64,000 nucleotides of DNA from Abditibacterium sp. (lineage in GTDB: Bacteria; Armatimonadota; Abditibacteriia; Abditibacteriales; Abditibacteriaceae): positions 3,360,001 through 3,424,000 of the forward strand of contig OZ251992.1 in NCBI GenBank assembly GCA_965246885.1, written 5' to 3'. Shown here in pieces: positions 1 through 9,269 of this stretch. The stretch's first letter is position 1. Each line of letters begins with the position of its first letter. The translations under genes were made by a program, and so were the position numbers. The notes under the pieces were generated by a model. The model searched no databases. It had not been told where the DNA came from and saw only the letters and a list, made by a program, of their open reading frames with translations.

Positions 1-709
1 GCAGTTGGCCGCACTCAAAAAACGCTGCGACGCCGCCATGAGCGGGGTGGACGCGGTCGTGACGCCGACCATCGGGGCGCCTTACACGGTCGCGCAGATG
101 CTCGCCGACCCGATTCGGCTCAACTCCCAATTGGGCTATTACACGAACTTTATGAACCTGCTCGACTACGCGGCCATCGCGCTTCAGGCGGGGTCGCGCG
201 GCGACGGGATGCCGTTCGGCGTCACGTTCTTTTCTTCGGCCCACTCCGATGTGCCCCTGCTCCGCTTAGGCGCGCGCTGGGGCGGGGAGGACACGGCGGC
301 GCTTCCCACTTGGAGCGGCGCGATTCCCGTCGCGGTGTGCGGCGCGCACCTGAGCGGGTTGCCGCTCAACTGGCAACTGACATCGCGCGGCGCGCGTCTG
401 TTGCGCACCGTCAAAAGCGCGCCGAAATACCGCTTCTATGCGCTCGCGGGCGGGCCGCCGTTTCGCCCCGGCATGGTGCGCGTCGCGGAGGGCGGCGCGG
501 CCATTGACATGGAAATCTGGAGCGTGCCGACGCAGGGCTATGGGAGTTTCGTCGCGGGCATCCCGTCGCCCCTTGGCATCGGAACGGTAGAACTGGAAGA
601 CGGCGGCAGGGTGCAGGGTTTCGTATGCGAGGGCATCGCCGCCGGGGATGCGCGCGACATCACCGAGTTTGGCTCGTGGCGCGCGTTCTTGGCGGCGCAG
701 GGGAAGTGA
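1..709 (+). CDS. atzF: Allophanate hydrolase, C-terminal part (5' truncated by window edge)
   Basis: Amidase tail (NSQLGYYTNFMNLLD, PFGVT) followed by the C-terminal domain VAVCGAHLSGLPLNWQL...PLGIGTVELEDG...DITEFGSWRAF typical of allophanate hydrolase. Confidence 0.9.
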   Translation, partial: QLAALKKRCDAAMSGVDAVVTPTIGAPYTVAQMLADPIRLNSQLGYYTNFMNLLDYAAIALQAGSRGDGMPFGVTFFSSAHSDVPLLRLGARWGGEDTAALPTWSGAIPVAVCGAHLSGLPLNWQLTSRGARLLRTVKSAPKYRFYALAGGPPFRPGMVRVAEGGAAIDMEIWSVPTQGYGSFVAGIPSPLGIGTVELEDGGRVQGFVCEGIAAGDARDITEFGSWRAFLAAQGK

Positions 710-721
710 GAAACTCCAACC

Positions 722-1123
722 ATGAATAGCCCTCCCCCTTTGCCCCGCACCGCGTTCACGGGGATGCGCCTCCTGAGCGCGGTGTGCGTCGTCGTGTCGC
801 TGGCGTGGGTGGTGGCGCTACTCGTCAGCGACGTGTGGCACGGCTTGCACCCGTATAAAGCGCACCAAACTATCGGCGCTTTCGCGCTGATTTTTATCGG
901 GGCGTCGTATATCTGCTTGCAACTGAGCCTCAAGCGCGAAGCGATGGAGATGCTCCAAGGGCTGCTGTTGGGGATGGCGTTCGTCTTGTGGGGGAGCGAG
1001 CAACTGCTGCCGCCGCGCCGCTTGTCCACGCTGATGGATGCTTTCGTGGTTTCGATATTCGTGGTGGATTTGGGCGTCATTATCTGGGGGCACTTGCGGC
1101 GCAAAGATCATGGGGCGCCGTGA
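722..1123 (+). CDS. Hypothetical small membrane protein (about 4 TM helices)
   Basis: 133-aa ORF filling the gap between genes, with four hydrophobic stretches. Confidence 0.65.
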   Translation: MNSPPPLPRTAFTGMRLLSAVCVVVSLAWVVALLVSDVWHGLHPYKAHQTIGAFALIFIGASYICLQLSLKREAMEMLQGLLLGMAFVLWGSEQLLPPRRLSTLMDAFVVSIFVVDLGVIIWGHLRRKDHGAP

Positions 1124-1176
1124 GGGGACGCACCGCAGTTGACCCGCGCGCCCAAGCGTCCGACACTGGGCGCCTC

Positions 1177-1965
1177 ATGCAATTGGAATCGAAAACCCTC
1201 GTCGTCATCGGCGGCACGACCGGCTTGGGGCTGTCCGCCGCGCGCGCGTTCGTCAAAGAAGGCGCCCGCGTCGTCGTCGTCGGGCGCAACCCCGACTCAT
1301 GCGCCGCCGCCCAAAACGAACTGGGCGCCGCGTCGCGCGCGTTGTCCGGCGACGCGAGTCATCCCGATACCGCGCCGCGCGCCATCGAGTTGGCCGTTAA
1401 GGAGTTCGGCGGGTTCGACGGGTTGTATCACGTCGCGGGCGGGTCGGGGCGCAGGATGGGCGACGGGCCGCTCCACGAAGTCACGGACGCGGGCATCGCG
1501 GCCACGCTCGAACTGAACCTTTCCTCCTTGATTATGTCCAACCGCGCGGCGGTGCAGCAGTTCTTAAAGCAAGGGCGCGGCGGCGCGGTTCTCAACATGG
1601 GCAGCGTGTTGGGCCGCGACCCGTCGCCGCGATTTTTCGCCACCCACGTCTACGCCGCGAGCAAGGCGGCGGCGGAAGGCTTCACCAAGTCGTGCGCGGC
1701 GTATTACGCGCCCGACAACATCCGCTTCAACCTGCTCGCCCCGGCGCTCGTCGAAACCCCGATGGCCAAGCGCGCGGCGGAGGATGAAACCATCCTGTCG
1801 TTCATCCAAACCAAACAGCCCCTCGACGGCGGGCGCATCGGCCACCCCGAAGACTTGGACGCGGCGGCAGTGTTCTTCCTAAGCGACGGCTCCCGCTTTT
1901 GCACGGGGCAGATGCTTTTCGTGGACGGCGGATGGATGGTGTCGGAAGGACAGAACCCGGATTGA
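1177..1965 (+). CDS. SDR family NAD(P)-dependent oxidoreductase
   Basis: GGTTGLG Rossmann motif, YAASK catalytic motif, C-terminal TGQMLFVDGG; start set at ATG 1177 (MQLESKT). Confidence 0.92.
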   Translation: MQLESKTLVVIGGTTGLGLSAARAFVKEGARVVVVGRNPDSCAAAQNELGAASRALSGDASHPDTAPRAIELAVKEFGGFDGLYHVAGGSGRRMGDGPLHEVTDAGIAATLELNLSSLIMSNRAAVQQFLKQGRGGAVLNMGSVLGRDPSPRFFATHVYAASKAAAEGFTKSCAAYYAPDNIRFNLLAPALVETPMAKRAAEDETILSFIQTKQPLDGGRIGHPEDLDAAAVFFLSDGSRFCTGQMLFVDGGWMVSEGQNPD

Positions 1966-1983
1966 GTAATCTAAGGCAGCACC

Positions 1984-2946
1984 ATGAAAATCGGATTTAT
2001 CGGCATCGGCGGCATCGCCGGGAACTACTTTGGCTCGTTGGAAAAGCTCGGCCAACCCATCCACGCCGTGTGCGACGTGAACGCGGCGCGCACGGAAGAG
2101 GTCGCCGGGAAACTGGGCGCTTCTCCTTACACCGACCACCACGCGATGTTGCGCGACCACAAGCTGGACGCCGTGTTCATCTGCGTGCCGCCCTTCGCGC
2201 ACGACACGCAGGTCGCGGATTGTGCCCAAGCGGGCGCGCATTTGTTCGTCGCCAAGCCGGTCGGTTTGCACCTCGACCAAGCTCTGCGCGCGCGCGACGC
2301 GGTTGTCCAAAGCGGCGTGTTGAACCAAGCGGGCTACATGGCGCGCTACTCGGACATTACCGAGCGCGCCAAGGAGTTGGCCAAGGGGCGCCACATCGGT
2401 TTGGCGACGGGGCGCTTTATGTGCAACATGGGAAGCGGGCATCCTTGGTGGGGCATCAAAGCCAAGTCGGGCGGGCAGATGTTGGAGCAAACCACGCACT
2501 GCTTCGACTGGATGCGCTACTTCTTGGGCGAAGTCGAGGAAGTCTCGACCTACGGCCACTTCGACAACGCGGGCGATACGGCGGACTTCGAGGATTCCAG
2601 CGCGTGCAACCTCAAATTCAAATCCGGCGCGGCGGGGAGCGTCTTGTCAACGTGCGTGACGAGCGTGCCGGACGGCCATTCCAACGAACTCTTTGGCCGC
2701 GAGTTCTACCTGCGCGCCGACCACGACCACAAGCTGACCACGCTTATAGACGGGCAGGACGCGGCGTTCAAGGGCGAGGAGGCGGGCTACTTCCGTCAAG
2801 TCGAACTCTTTTTGAAAGCCGTCGAGACGGGCGACAAGTCCCTCATTCGCTGCGACTTCGAGGACGCGGTGCGCTCGCTCGCGGTGACAATCGCCGCGAA
2901 CGAGTCGCTGGAACGCGGCGTTCCCGTCAAGGTCGCGGCGGTTTAG
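1984..2946 (+). CDS. Gfo/Idh/MocA family oxidoreductase
   Basis: KIGFIGIGGIA, AVCD, HLFVAKPV (variant of EKP), SGGQMLEQTTHCFD. Confidence 0.88.
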   Translation: MKIGFIGIGGIAGNYFGSLEKLGQPIHAVCDVNAARTEEVAGKLGASPYTDHHAMLRDHKLDAVFICVPPFAHDTQVADCAQAGAHLFVAKPVGLHLDQALRARDAVVQSGVLNQAGYMARYSDITERAKELAKGRHIGLATGRFMCNMGSGHPWWGIKAKSGGQMLEQTTHCFDWMRYFLGEVEEVSTYGHFDNAGDTADFEDSSACNLKFKSGAAGSVLSTCVTSVPDGHSNELFGREFYLRADHDHKLTTLIDGQDAAFKGEEAGYFRQVELFLKAVETGDKSLIRCDFEDAVRSLAVTIAANESLERGVPVKVAAV

Positions 2947-2969
2947 AGGAAACCAATTCGCTTTCTTTG

Positions 2970-3024
2970 GCCCGGCGACTAAAGTCGCGGGCAACCCACA
3001 GCTAAGTCGGCCTGCGCCGACTAC
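2970..3024. repeat. REP-like double-hairpin intergenic element (GTAG type on minus strand)
   Basis: Hairpin GCCC-g-GCGACT-aa-AGTCGC-GGGC (2970-2992) and hairpin AGTCGGC-ctgc-GCCGACT (3005-3022) followed by AC, so the minus strand reads GTAG-TCGGCGCAGGCCGACT. Confidence 0.6.
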
Positions 3025-3064
3025 GGGTTATGGTGCGCATCTGGGCCAAAGGGGGAATTAACCT

Positions 3065-3844
3065 ATGAAATACGGCACTCTACAAGGCGTGTTGGGCGAG
3101 CCATTGAGCAACGTCTTTGAAGTTGCGGCGCGAATGGGCTTCGCGGGCGTCGAACTCGACTGGAACGCGCGCGACCAAGCCTTCGATGTCGCCGCTATTC
3201 GAGAAAGCGCGGTGCGGGCGGGAGTGCAAGTCTGTTCGGTCGCCGCGCATTTCCTCAACGACGGCAACATCGCGAACGCGGACGTCGCCCATGCGGCGGG
3301 GGACGCCGTTCGAGAGGGCATCGCCCTCTGCGCCGCGCTGGGCGCGGGCGTTCTCCTCGTGCCGTTCTTCGGGCCAGCCGAAATTACCGACACCTCCGAG
3401 GCGCTACTCATCGAGAACCTGCGCGCCTTAGCGCCCGACGCGGAAGCGATGGGCGTTCGGCTGGGAATCGAAACCGCGCGTTCGGGCGCCCAAATGCGGC
3501 GCGTGTTCGAGGCGGTCGGCTCGCCATTCGTCGGGGCCTATTGGGACATGGGCAACAGCCCCTCGCTGGGTTACGACAACCTCGAAGAGATTGCCGCGCT
3601 CAAGGGCCATCTGGTGCAAGTCCACGCCAAGGAGTGGGTCGGGCCGAACGTAGCAGAGCGCCCGATGCACTACCCCGGCTTGAACGAAAAACCATTGGGC
3701 CAAGGCGACGTTCCGCTTAAGGCGACCCTCGCCGCGCTTAGGGAAGCGGGGTATAACGGCTGGCTGGTGCTGGAAACGGGCGCGTTCGGCAACCCACACG
3801 GGAGCGCGGCGCGCGCCCTCGCCACACTAAAGGAGTTCGTATGA
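3065..3844 (+). CDS. Sugar phosphate isomerase/epimerase (xylose-isomerase-like TIM barrel)
   Basis: GFAGVEL, RLGIET, YWDMGN, QVHAKE, PLGQGDV, GYNGWLVLET metal-binding pattern. Confidence 0.88.
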   Translation: MKYGTLQGVLGEPLSNVFEVAARMGFAGVELDWNARDQAFDVAAIRESAVRAGVQVCSVAAHFLNDGNIANADVAHAAGDAVREGIALCAALGAGVLLVPFFGPAEITDTSEALLIENLRALAPDAEAMGVRLGIETARSGAQMRRVFEAVGSPFVGAYWDMGNSPSLGYDNLEEIAALKGHLVQVHAKEWVGPNVAERPMHYPGLNEKPLGQGDVPLKATLAALREAGYNGWLVLETGAFGNPHGSAARALATLKEFV

Positions 3845-4629
3845 CACCGACTCAATCGTATCTCCAGCACTGCTCCGGCATCCTTGGAGCCGTCGCCGCG
3901 CAGGAAGAAGCCATCCAAGCGGCGGCCAATATCTTCGCGCGCACCATCCTCGCGGGGCGCATGGTTCATGTCTTTGGCAGTGGGCACTCCCGCATTATGG
4001 TCGAGGAGATGTGGCCGCGCTACGGCTCCTTCCCCGGCTGGAATCCGCTCGTGGAACTGTCGCTGTCGTTCCACAACCTTGTCGTGGGCGCCAATGGACA
4101 ACGCCAAGCGATGTTCCTCGAAAACGTGTCCGGGCTGGCCGACCGCATTCTGCGCAACTTCGACTTGGAACCCATAGACAGCGCGCTCATTATCTCCTCC
4201 AGTGGCTGTAACGTGGTGCCCATCGAAATGGCCGAGCAGTTCCACCGGCGCGGTATCCAAGTCGTCTCGATCATCTCGCTCAGGCACTCGCAGGCTTCCA
4301 CGTCCAAGCGCGCCGACGACAAGAAGTTGGGCGACTTTTCCGACATCATCCTCGACACCGGCGCGCCCGTTGGAGATGCGATGGTTCATATCGAAGGACT
4401 CGACACGCCCGTCGCGCCCGGCTCGACGGTGGGTGGATGCCTCTTGGTCAACAGCATCAAAGCCGAAGTCGCCAAACTGCTCACGCAAGCGGGCCAGCCG
4501 CCCAAGGTACTGTCCGGCGCCGCCATCGTGGGCGCCGAACGCGCCGTTGAACTGTTCGAGTCGGCCTACGACGAACACGCGCACCGCTTGGCGCGGCTCT
4601 ATGCGAAGGTGGGCTTGCCCAAGGAGTAA
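3841..4629 (+). CDS. SIS domain-containing (sugar isomerase) protein
   Basis: VHVFGSGHS, IISSSG, DIILDTGAPVGDA, PGST; ATGA overlap with upstream gene. Confidence 0.88.
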   Translation: MTPTQSYLQHCSGILGAVAAQEEAIQAAANIFARTILAGRMVHVFGSGHSRIMVEEMWPRYGSFPGWNPLVELSLSFHNLVVGANGQRQAMFLENVSGLADRILRNFDLEPIDSALIISSSGCNVVPIEMAEQFHRRGIQVVSIISLRHSQASTSKRADDKKLGDFSDIILDTGAPVGDAMVHIEGLDTPVAPGSTVGGCLLVNSIKAEVAKLLTQAGQPPKVLSGAAIVGAERAVELFESAYDEHAHRLARLYAKVGLPKE

Positions 4630-4635
4630 CCGCCC

Positions 4636-6018
4636 ATGAACGTCCTCAATTTCTCCGCTATCCTTTTGCGCGCCTCGGTGGACATCCTCGTCATCGGCGC
4701 GGGCAGCGCGGGTTGCGCGGCGGCGCTCGCGGCGCGTGAGACGGGCGACCGCTCCGTGTTGCTCGCGGAAAAGTACGGCTTCGCGGGCGGCTCCTCGACG
4801 GGCGTGTTGACGACGTTCTACGGGTTCTTTACGCCGGGAGATGCACCGCGCAAAGTCGTCGGCGGCATCCCAGACCGCGTGGTAGATGCCCTCGACGCGC
4901 GGCGGGCAATGTATCTGCGGCCCAACACCTACGGCGCCGGAACGGGCGTGACGTATAACCCGGAAGTCTTGAAGCTGGTCTGGGACGAACTGCTCGCGCG
5001 CGCGGGTGTGCAGGTCGCGCTCCATTCCACCCTCGTAGGCGTGGAAATGGGCGCGGACGGGCCGACGCACGCCGTCTTTCATTCCAAAAACGGCTTTTGG
5101 AAGGTCGCGGCAAAACGCTTCATTGACGCTTCGGGCGACGCCGACTTTTGCGCCCTCGCGGGCTTTGGGTTTGAACTGGCGGGCGAATTAGAACCCGCGC
5201 AAACCCTCACCACGACCTTCAAGATGAGCGGCGTGGACTGGGCGGCCTTTGAGGGGGCGGGCGGAAAGAAAGAATTAATGCGGGCGATGAGCGACGCGGT
5301 AGACGCGGGCTTTCCCCTGCCCCGCAAAGCGGGCAGCGCGCATCTCTTGCCGCTTAAGGGAGTTATTTCAACCGTCGCCGTGCGTGTCGCAAACGAGGAC
5401 GCGCTCGATTGGGCGGGCTTGACGCGCGCCGAAATCGAAGGGCGGCGCCAAGCGTTCATCTACGAGCAGTTCTTCCGCGAGCGTGTCGTGGGCTTTTCCG
5501 AAGCCGATATTGTGGCGCTTAGCACCCAAATCGGCGTGCGCGAAACGCGGCGCGTGTTCGGCGAATACCGGCTGACGCGCGACGACTGCTTCGCCGTGCG
5601 CCGCTTCGACGACGCCGTGTTGCTCTGCGGCGCGCCCATCGAAGACCACCGCGCCGGGAAGAACGGCGAAGAAGAGACCGTCTGGGGCTACATTCCCGGT
5701 GGCGACGCTTATGACGTGCCTTACCGGGCGCTCGTCCCGCGCGCGAGTGACACCACATGGGTCGTCGGGCGCTGCTTTTCGGCGACGCACGACGCCCACG
5801 CTTCGTGCCGGAGCATGGGCCAAACCATGAGCATGGGCCAAGCGGCGGGCCTCGCCGCCTGCCTGTCGCTCGATACCGATACGGGCGCCCGCGCCCTCGA
5901 CATCTCTGCACTCCGCGAGCGATTGCGGACACTGGGCGCCGTGTTGGAACCGCCCGCCGCCGTCGCCCAAACCGCCGCCCGCGCGTGGAGGAAGAATTTC
6001 GACCACCTCGTGATTTAA
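4636..6018 (+). CDS. FAD-dependent oxidoreductase (FAD_oxidored family)
   Basis: DILVIGAGSAGCAAA, FIDASGDAD, GVRETRR, VPYRALVP, GRCFSATH...MGQAAG. Confidence 0.88.
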   Translation: MNVLNFSAILLRASVDILVIGAGSAGCAAALAARETGDRSVLLAEKYGFAGGSSTGVLTTFYGFFTPGDAPRKVVGGIPDRVVDALDARRAMYLRPNTYGAGTGVTYNPEVLKLVWDELLARAGVQVALHSTLVGVEMGADGPTHAVFHSKNGFWKVAAKRFIDASGDADFCALAGFGFELAGELEPAQTLTTTFKMSGVDWAAFEGAGGKKELMRAMSDAVDAGFPLPRKAGSAHLLPLKGVISTVAVRVANEDALDWAGLTRAEIEGRRQAFIYEQFFRERVVGFSEADIVALSTQIGVRETRRVFGEYRLTRDDCFAVRRFDDAVLLCGAPIEDHRAGKNGEEETVWGYIPGGDAYDVPYRALVPRASDTTWVVGRCFSATHDAHASCRSMGQTMSMGQAAGLAACLSLDTDTGARALDISALRERLRTLGAVLEPPAAVAQTAARAWRKNFDHLVI

Positions 6019-6438
6019 ATGGGAGTTCAATGTTTTCCGGTCTTCGACCAAAAAGTTCGCAATGTGCTTGAGTCAGATGGAAAAATTTTGGCCCGCGCGC
6101 TCCCCGACGCCCCCGATGATGAAAACTCCATCTTGTGGCCGCTTACCCGCTTTGTTTCGACCTCGCCCGATGAACTTGCTTCCTTGGCAGAAGAGTTGGA
6201 AGAAGCCGGGGTTAATGTTTCGGAGTTCAAGGAAGAATGGTTCGCTCCCGCAGATGCGGTCACAGCGCTCGACGCCATTTTGCAGGAGGTGAGCGCTGAC
6301 CCAACTCTGCTTTCTTTTCCACCCAAAGCCCGCATCAGAGACGTGAGCGATGTGGTCGAAGAACTCGAAGAACTCCGCGCGCAACTCAAAATTGCTGCCG
6401 CTCAAGGCGCCCGTTTCCATTTGCAATTCTGCTTTTAA
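6019..6438 (+). CDS. Hypothetical acidic protein
   Basis: 139-aa ORF exactly filling the gap between two operon genes; visibly more AT-rich codons. Confidence 0.7.
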   Translation: MGVQCFPVFDQKVRNVLESDGKILARALPDAPDDENSILWPLTRFVSTSPDELASLAEELEEAGVNVSEFKEEWFAPADAVTALDAILQEVSADPTLLSFPPKARIRDVSDVVEELEELRAQLKIAAAQGARFHLQFCF

Positions 6439-6444
6439 ACCACC

Positions 6445-7479
6445 ATGCAACCCCGTCCGCTTCGCACGACCGTTATCGGGTCGTATCCTTTCCCCGGCTG
6501 GCTCGAATTGGCAACGCAGAACCTCGCCCTCTTCGGCACCGACGACCTCGCCGAACTGCAAAACGACGCCGTCGTCTGCGCCCTGCACGACCAAGTCAGC
6601 GCGGGGTTGGACGTTGTCACCGACGGCGAGCAGACGCGGCTCGATTTCAACCTGTCGTTCTACGGCTTCTTGGAGGGCATCTCGCTCGAATCGAACAGTC
6701 CGCGCCACTTCGGGCCGCCCGCCCACGACCAGCGCGGCAAGCACACCGTCACGGGCGAGATATCCGCTCCGCGCGGTCTGGGCACCGTCGAAGAGTTCAC
6801 CCGCTTGCAGCGACTCGCGCCCGCAGGCCCGACGCTTAAAGCGAGCGTCCCCGGCCCCTACACCATGAGCGGGCGCCTGCTCCCCAACGAGCGTTATAAG
6901 GACAGATGGGAACTGACCGAGGCGCTCGTCCCGCTCGTGCGCGCCGAGTTGGAAGCGCTCGTCGAGGCCGGATGCAGGGAAATCACCGTGGACGAGCCGT
7001 CCATGAGTTGCTACGCCTACAAGGAAGACACGCGCCGCTTCGTGGACATCTTCAACCGCACCGTCGCGCCCATTGTTGGCAAGACCCGCCTCAGCACCCA
7101 CTTTTGCTTCGGCAACTTCAAAGCGCGCGCCGTCGGGCCGCGCCATATCGCGCCGATGCTCCCCGACTTTCTCGACTTCGAGGTAGACGAAATCCACGTC
7201 GAAATGGCTTCGCGCGAGTTCGCCGAAATCGAGCGCATCGCCGAAATCGCCGAGCGGTGCGATGTCGCCGTTGGCATCATAGACGTCAAATCGTATTACA
7301 TCGAAACCCCCGCCGATGTCGCCGAGCGCGTGCGGCTGTGCCTCAAACACGCCCCCGCCGCCAAGCTCGCTTTTGCGCCCGACTGCGGCCTCAGTCAAAC
7401 CGCGCGCTGGGCCGCCAAGCGCAAACTGGAGAACACGTGCGCGGGCGTGAAACTTGTGCGCGCCGAACTGGGGGTTTAA
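6445..7479 (+). CDS. Cobalamin-independent methionine synthase II family (MetE C-terminal-like) protein
   Basis: TTVIGSYP, VTDGEQ, VDEP, HFCFGN, VEM and PDCG giving His/Cys/Glu/Cys zinc ligands; single barrel only. Confidence 0.88.
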   Translation: MQPRPLRTTVIGSYPFPGWLELATQNLALFGTDDLAELQNDAVVCALHDQVSAGLDVVTDGEQTRLDFNLSFYGFLEGISLESNSPRHFGPPAHDQRGKHTVTGEISAPRGLGTVEEFTRLQRLAPAGPTLKASVPGPYTMSGRLLPNERYKDRWELTEALVPLVRAELEALVEAGCREITVDEPSMSCYAYKEDTRRFVDIFNRTVAPIVGKTRLSTHFCFGNFKARAVGPRHIAPMLPDFLDFEVDEIHVEMASREFAEIERIAEIAERCDVAVGIIDVKSYYIETPADVAERVRLCLKHAPAAKLAFAPDCGLSQTARWAAKRKLENTCAGVKLVRAELGV

Positions 7480-7488
7480 CCGAGCATC

Positions 7489-8328
7489 ATGATTGCAGCC
7501 TTTCAAAAAGACGACGCGCTTCTGGCCGACATCCGCGCCCACTCGGGCGAGGCCGGTTTCCGCTTGTGGTGGTTGGGGCAAAGCGGCTTCTTGCTCCAAT
7601 ACGCGGGCAAACATCTGGTGTTCGACCCGTATCTGTCGGACTCCCTCACCCACAAATACGACAACACCGACAAGCCGCACTTTCGCATGACCGAGCGCGT
7701 GCTTGACCCCAGCCGCTTGTTCGCCGATGTCGTGACCAGCACCCATAACCACACCGATCACCTCGACGCCCTCACCCTCAAGCCGATATTTGAAAATAGC
7801 CCCTACGCCCGACTCGTTATCCCCGAAGCCAACCGCGAGTTCGTGGCGAAGCGCCTCGTTTGGAACCCCACGCTCGCCGTCGGTCTGAGCGCGGGCGAAT
7901 CGAAGACTCTTGGCCCCTTCACTTTCCACGCCATCCCTTCCGCCCACAACGAACTCGAAACCGACGCGCAGGGGCGGCACGTCTTTCTGGGCTTCGTCGT
8001 CTGCTTTGGCGGCTTTAGCGTCTACCATTCCGGCGACACGCTGCTTTATCCGGGGCTGACTAACAAACTCAAACCGTTCAAAGTGGACGTCGCCCTCTTG
8101 CCCATCAACGGCGACCTGCCGGAGCGCCGCGTCGCAGGCAACATGAACGGGAACGAGGCGGCGAGATGTGCCAAAGAGATCGGCGCCCGCTACGTGATAC
8201 CGCACCATTTCGAGATGTTCGAGTTCAACACCGCCTCGCCCGACGAATTTAGCTTTGAATGTGAGAGACTGGGACAACCTCACCGCGTGCTACGCGCCGG
8301 TGAGCGGTTCGATTATCCCGTGCCATGA
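7489..8328 (+). CDS. MBL-fold metallo-hydrolase (UlaG-like)
   Basis: WWLGQSGF, FDPYLS, STHNHTDHLD (HxHxDH), YHSGDT, LPING, IPHHF. Confidence 0.9.
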   Translation: MIAAFQKDDALLADIRAHSGEAGFRLWWLGQSGFLLQYAGKHLVFDPYLSDSLTHKYDNTDKPHFRMTERVLDPSRLFADVVTSTHNHTDHLDALTLKPIFENSPYARLVIPEANREFVAKRLVWNPTLAVGLSAGESKTLGPFTFHAIPSAHNELETDAQGRHVFLGFVVCFGGFSVYHSGDTLLYPGLTNKLKPFKVDVALLPINGDLPERRVAGNMNGNEAARCAKEIGARYVIPHHFEMFEFNTASPDEFSFECERLGQPHRVLRAGERFDYPVP

Positions 8329-9263
8329 GCTTTATCCGCACTGTGCTGGGCGACATCTCGCCCGATGAGTTGGGCGTGTGTTACTCCCACGAACACCTCA
8401 TCATTGACCCGTCGTACGCGACCGAGCGGAACCCCGACTTCCTGCTCGACTCGGTCGAACGCGCGGTCGAGGAGCTTTGCGAACTCAAAACAATGGGCGT
8501 GGGAGCCTGCGTGGACTCAATGCCAATGGAGTGCGGGCGCAACCTCGAAAAGCTGGCGGAAATCTCCCGTCGCACCGGCGTCCACATCCTCGCGCCGACC
8601 GGTTTGCACCTCGAAAAATACTACTCCCCCGACCAAAACGCGGACTGGGCCGGACTGGACGCCAACGAACTGACCTATCTGTTCTGCTCCGACATCTATC
8701 CCGATCCCAAAGTCATCTGGCACACCTTTCCCGTGTGGTGCGGCCTGATTAAAATTGCCGCGTTGGAGCAGTGGGACGAGCGCACCAAGACCCTTTTCAA
8801 AGCGGGCGCGCGCACCCAAGCCGCCACCGGAGCGCCCATCCTCACGCACACCGAAAACGGCGAACTGGCGCTCGAACAAGCCCTCTTTTTGCGCGACAAA
8901 GGCGCTAACCTGCGCCACGTCGTGCTGTCGCACCTCGACCGCAAACCCGACGTCGAGATGCACCGCGCCGTCTTGCGCACCGGCGTCACCATCGAATACG
9001 ATTCCCACTTCCGTTGGAAGGGCATCGAACCAAACCCCACGCTCGCCCTGCTCCGCGAACTGCTACCCGAATTTCCCGACCAAATCGTGTTGGGCATGGA
9101 CGCCGCGCGGCGCAGTTATTGGAAATCCTACGGCGGCGCGCCGGGGTTAAGCTATCTCTTTGGCGATTTCCGCGTTCAAATGCTTGAAGCGGGCATCGCC
9201 GAAGAGTTGGTGGAGCGCGTTTTCGTTTCGACCCCAGCGCGCGTGTATTCTTTTAAGAACTAA
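8325..9263 (+). CDS. Phosphotriesterase-family amidohydrolase (probable lactonase)
   Basis: IRTVLGDI, SHEHL, GRN, PTGLH, IKIA, ILTHT, LSHLD, LGMD, PAR; ATGA overlap with upstream gene. Confidence 0.9.
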   Translation: MSFIRTVLGDISPDELGVCYSHEHLIIDPSYATERNPDFLLDSVERAVEELCELKTMGVGACVDSMPMECGRNLEKLAEISRRTGVHILAPTGLHLEKYYSPDQNADWAGLDANELTYLFCSDIYPDPKVIWHTFPVWCGLIKIAALEQWDERTKTLFKAGARTQAATGAPILTHTENGELALEQALFLRDKGANLRHVVLSHLDRKPDVEMHRAVLRTGVTIEYDSHFRWKGIEPNPTLALLRELLPEFPDQIVLGMDAARRSYWKSYGGAPGLSYLFGDFRVQMLEAGIAEELVERVFVSTPARVYSFKN

Positions 9264-9269
9264 ACCATT

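Noticed and set aside
6073..8283. 736-aa antisense ORF (similarly 3670-5082, 11844-12863, 25489-27045, 44404-45606, 48548-50662)
   Set aside because: Shadow frames opposite well-supported genes, expected in high-GC DNA; no recognisable motifs
7489..9263. Beta-lactamase or organophosphate-degradation genes
   Set aside because: UlaG-like and PTE-homology features, no signal peptides, and a sugar-catabolic context favour lactonase-type roles
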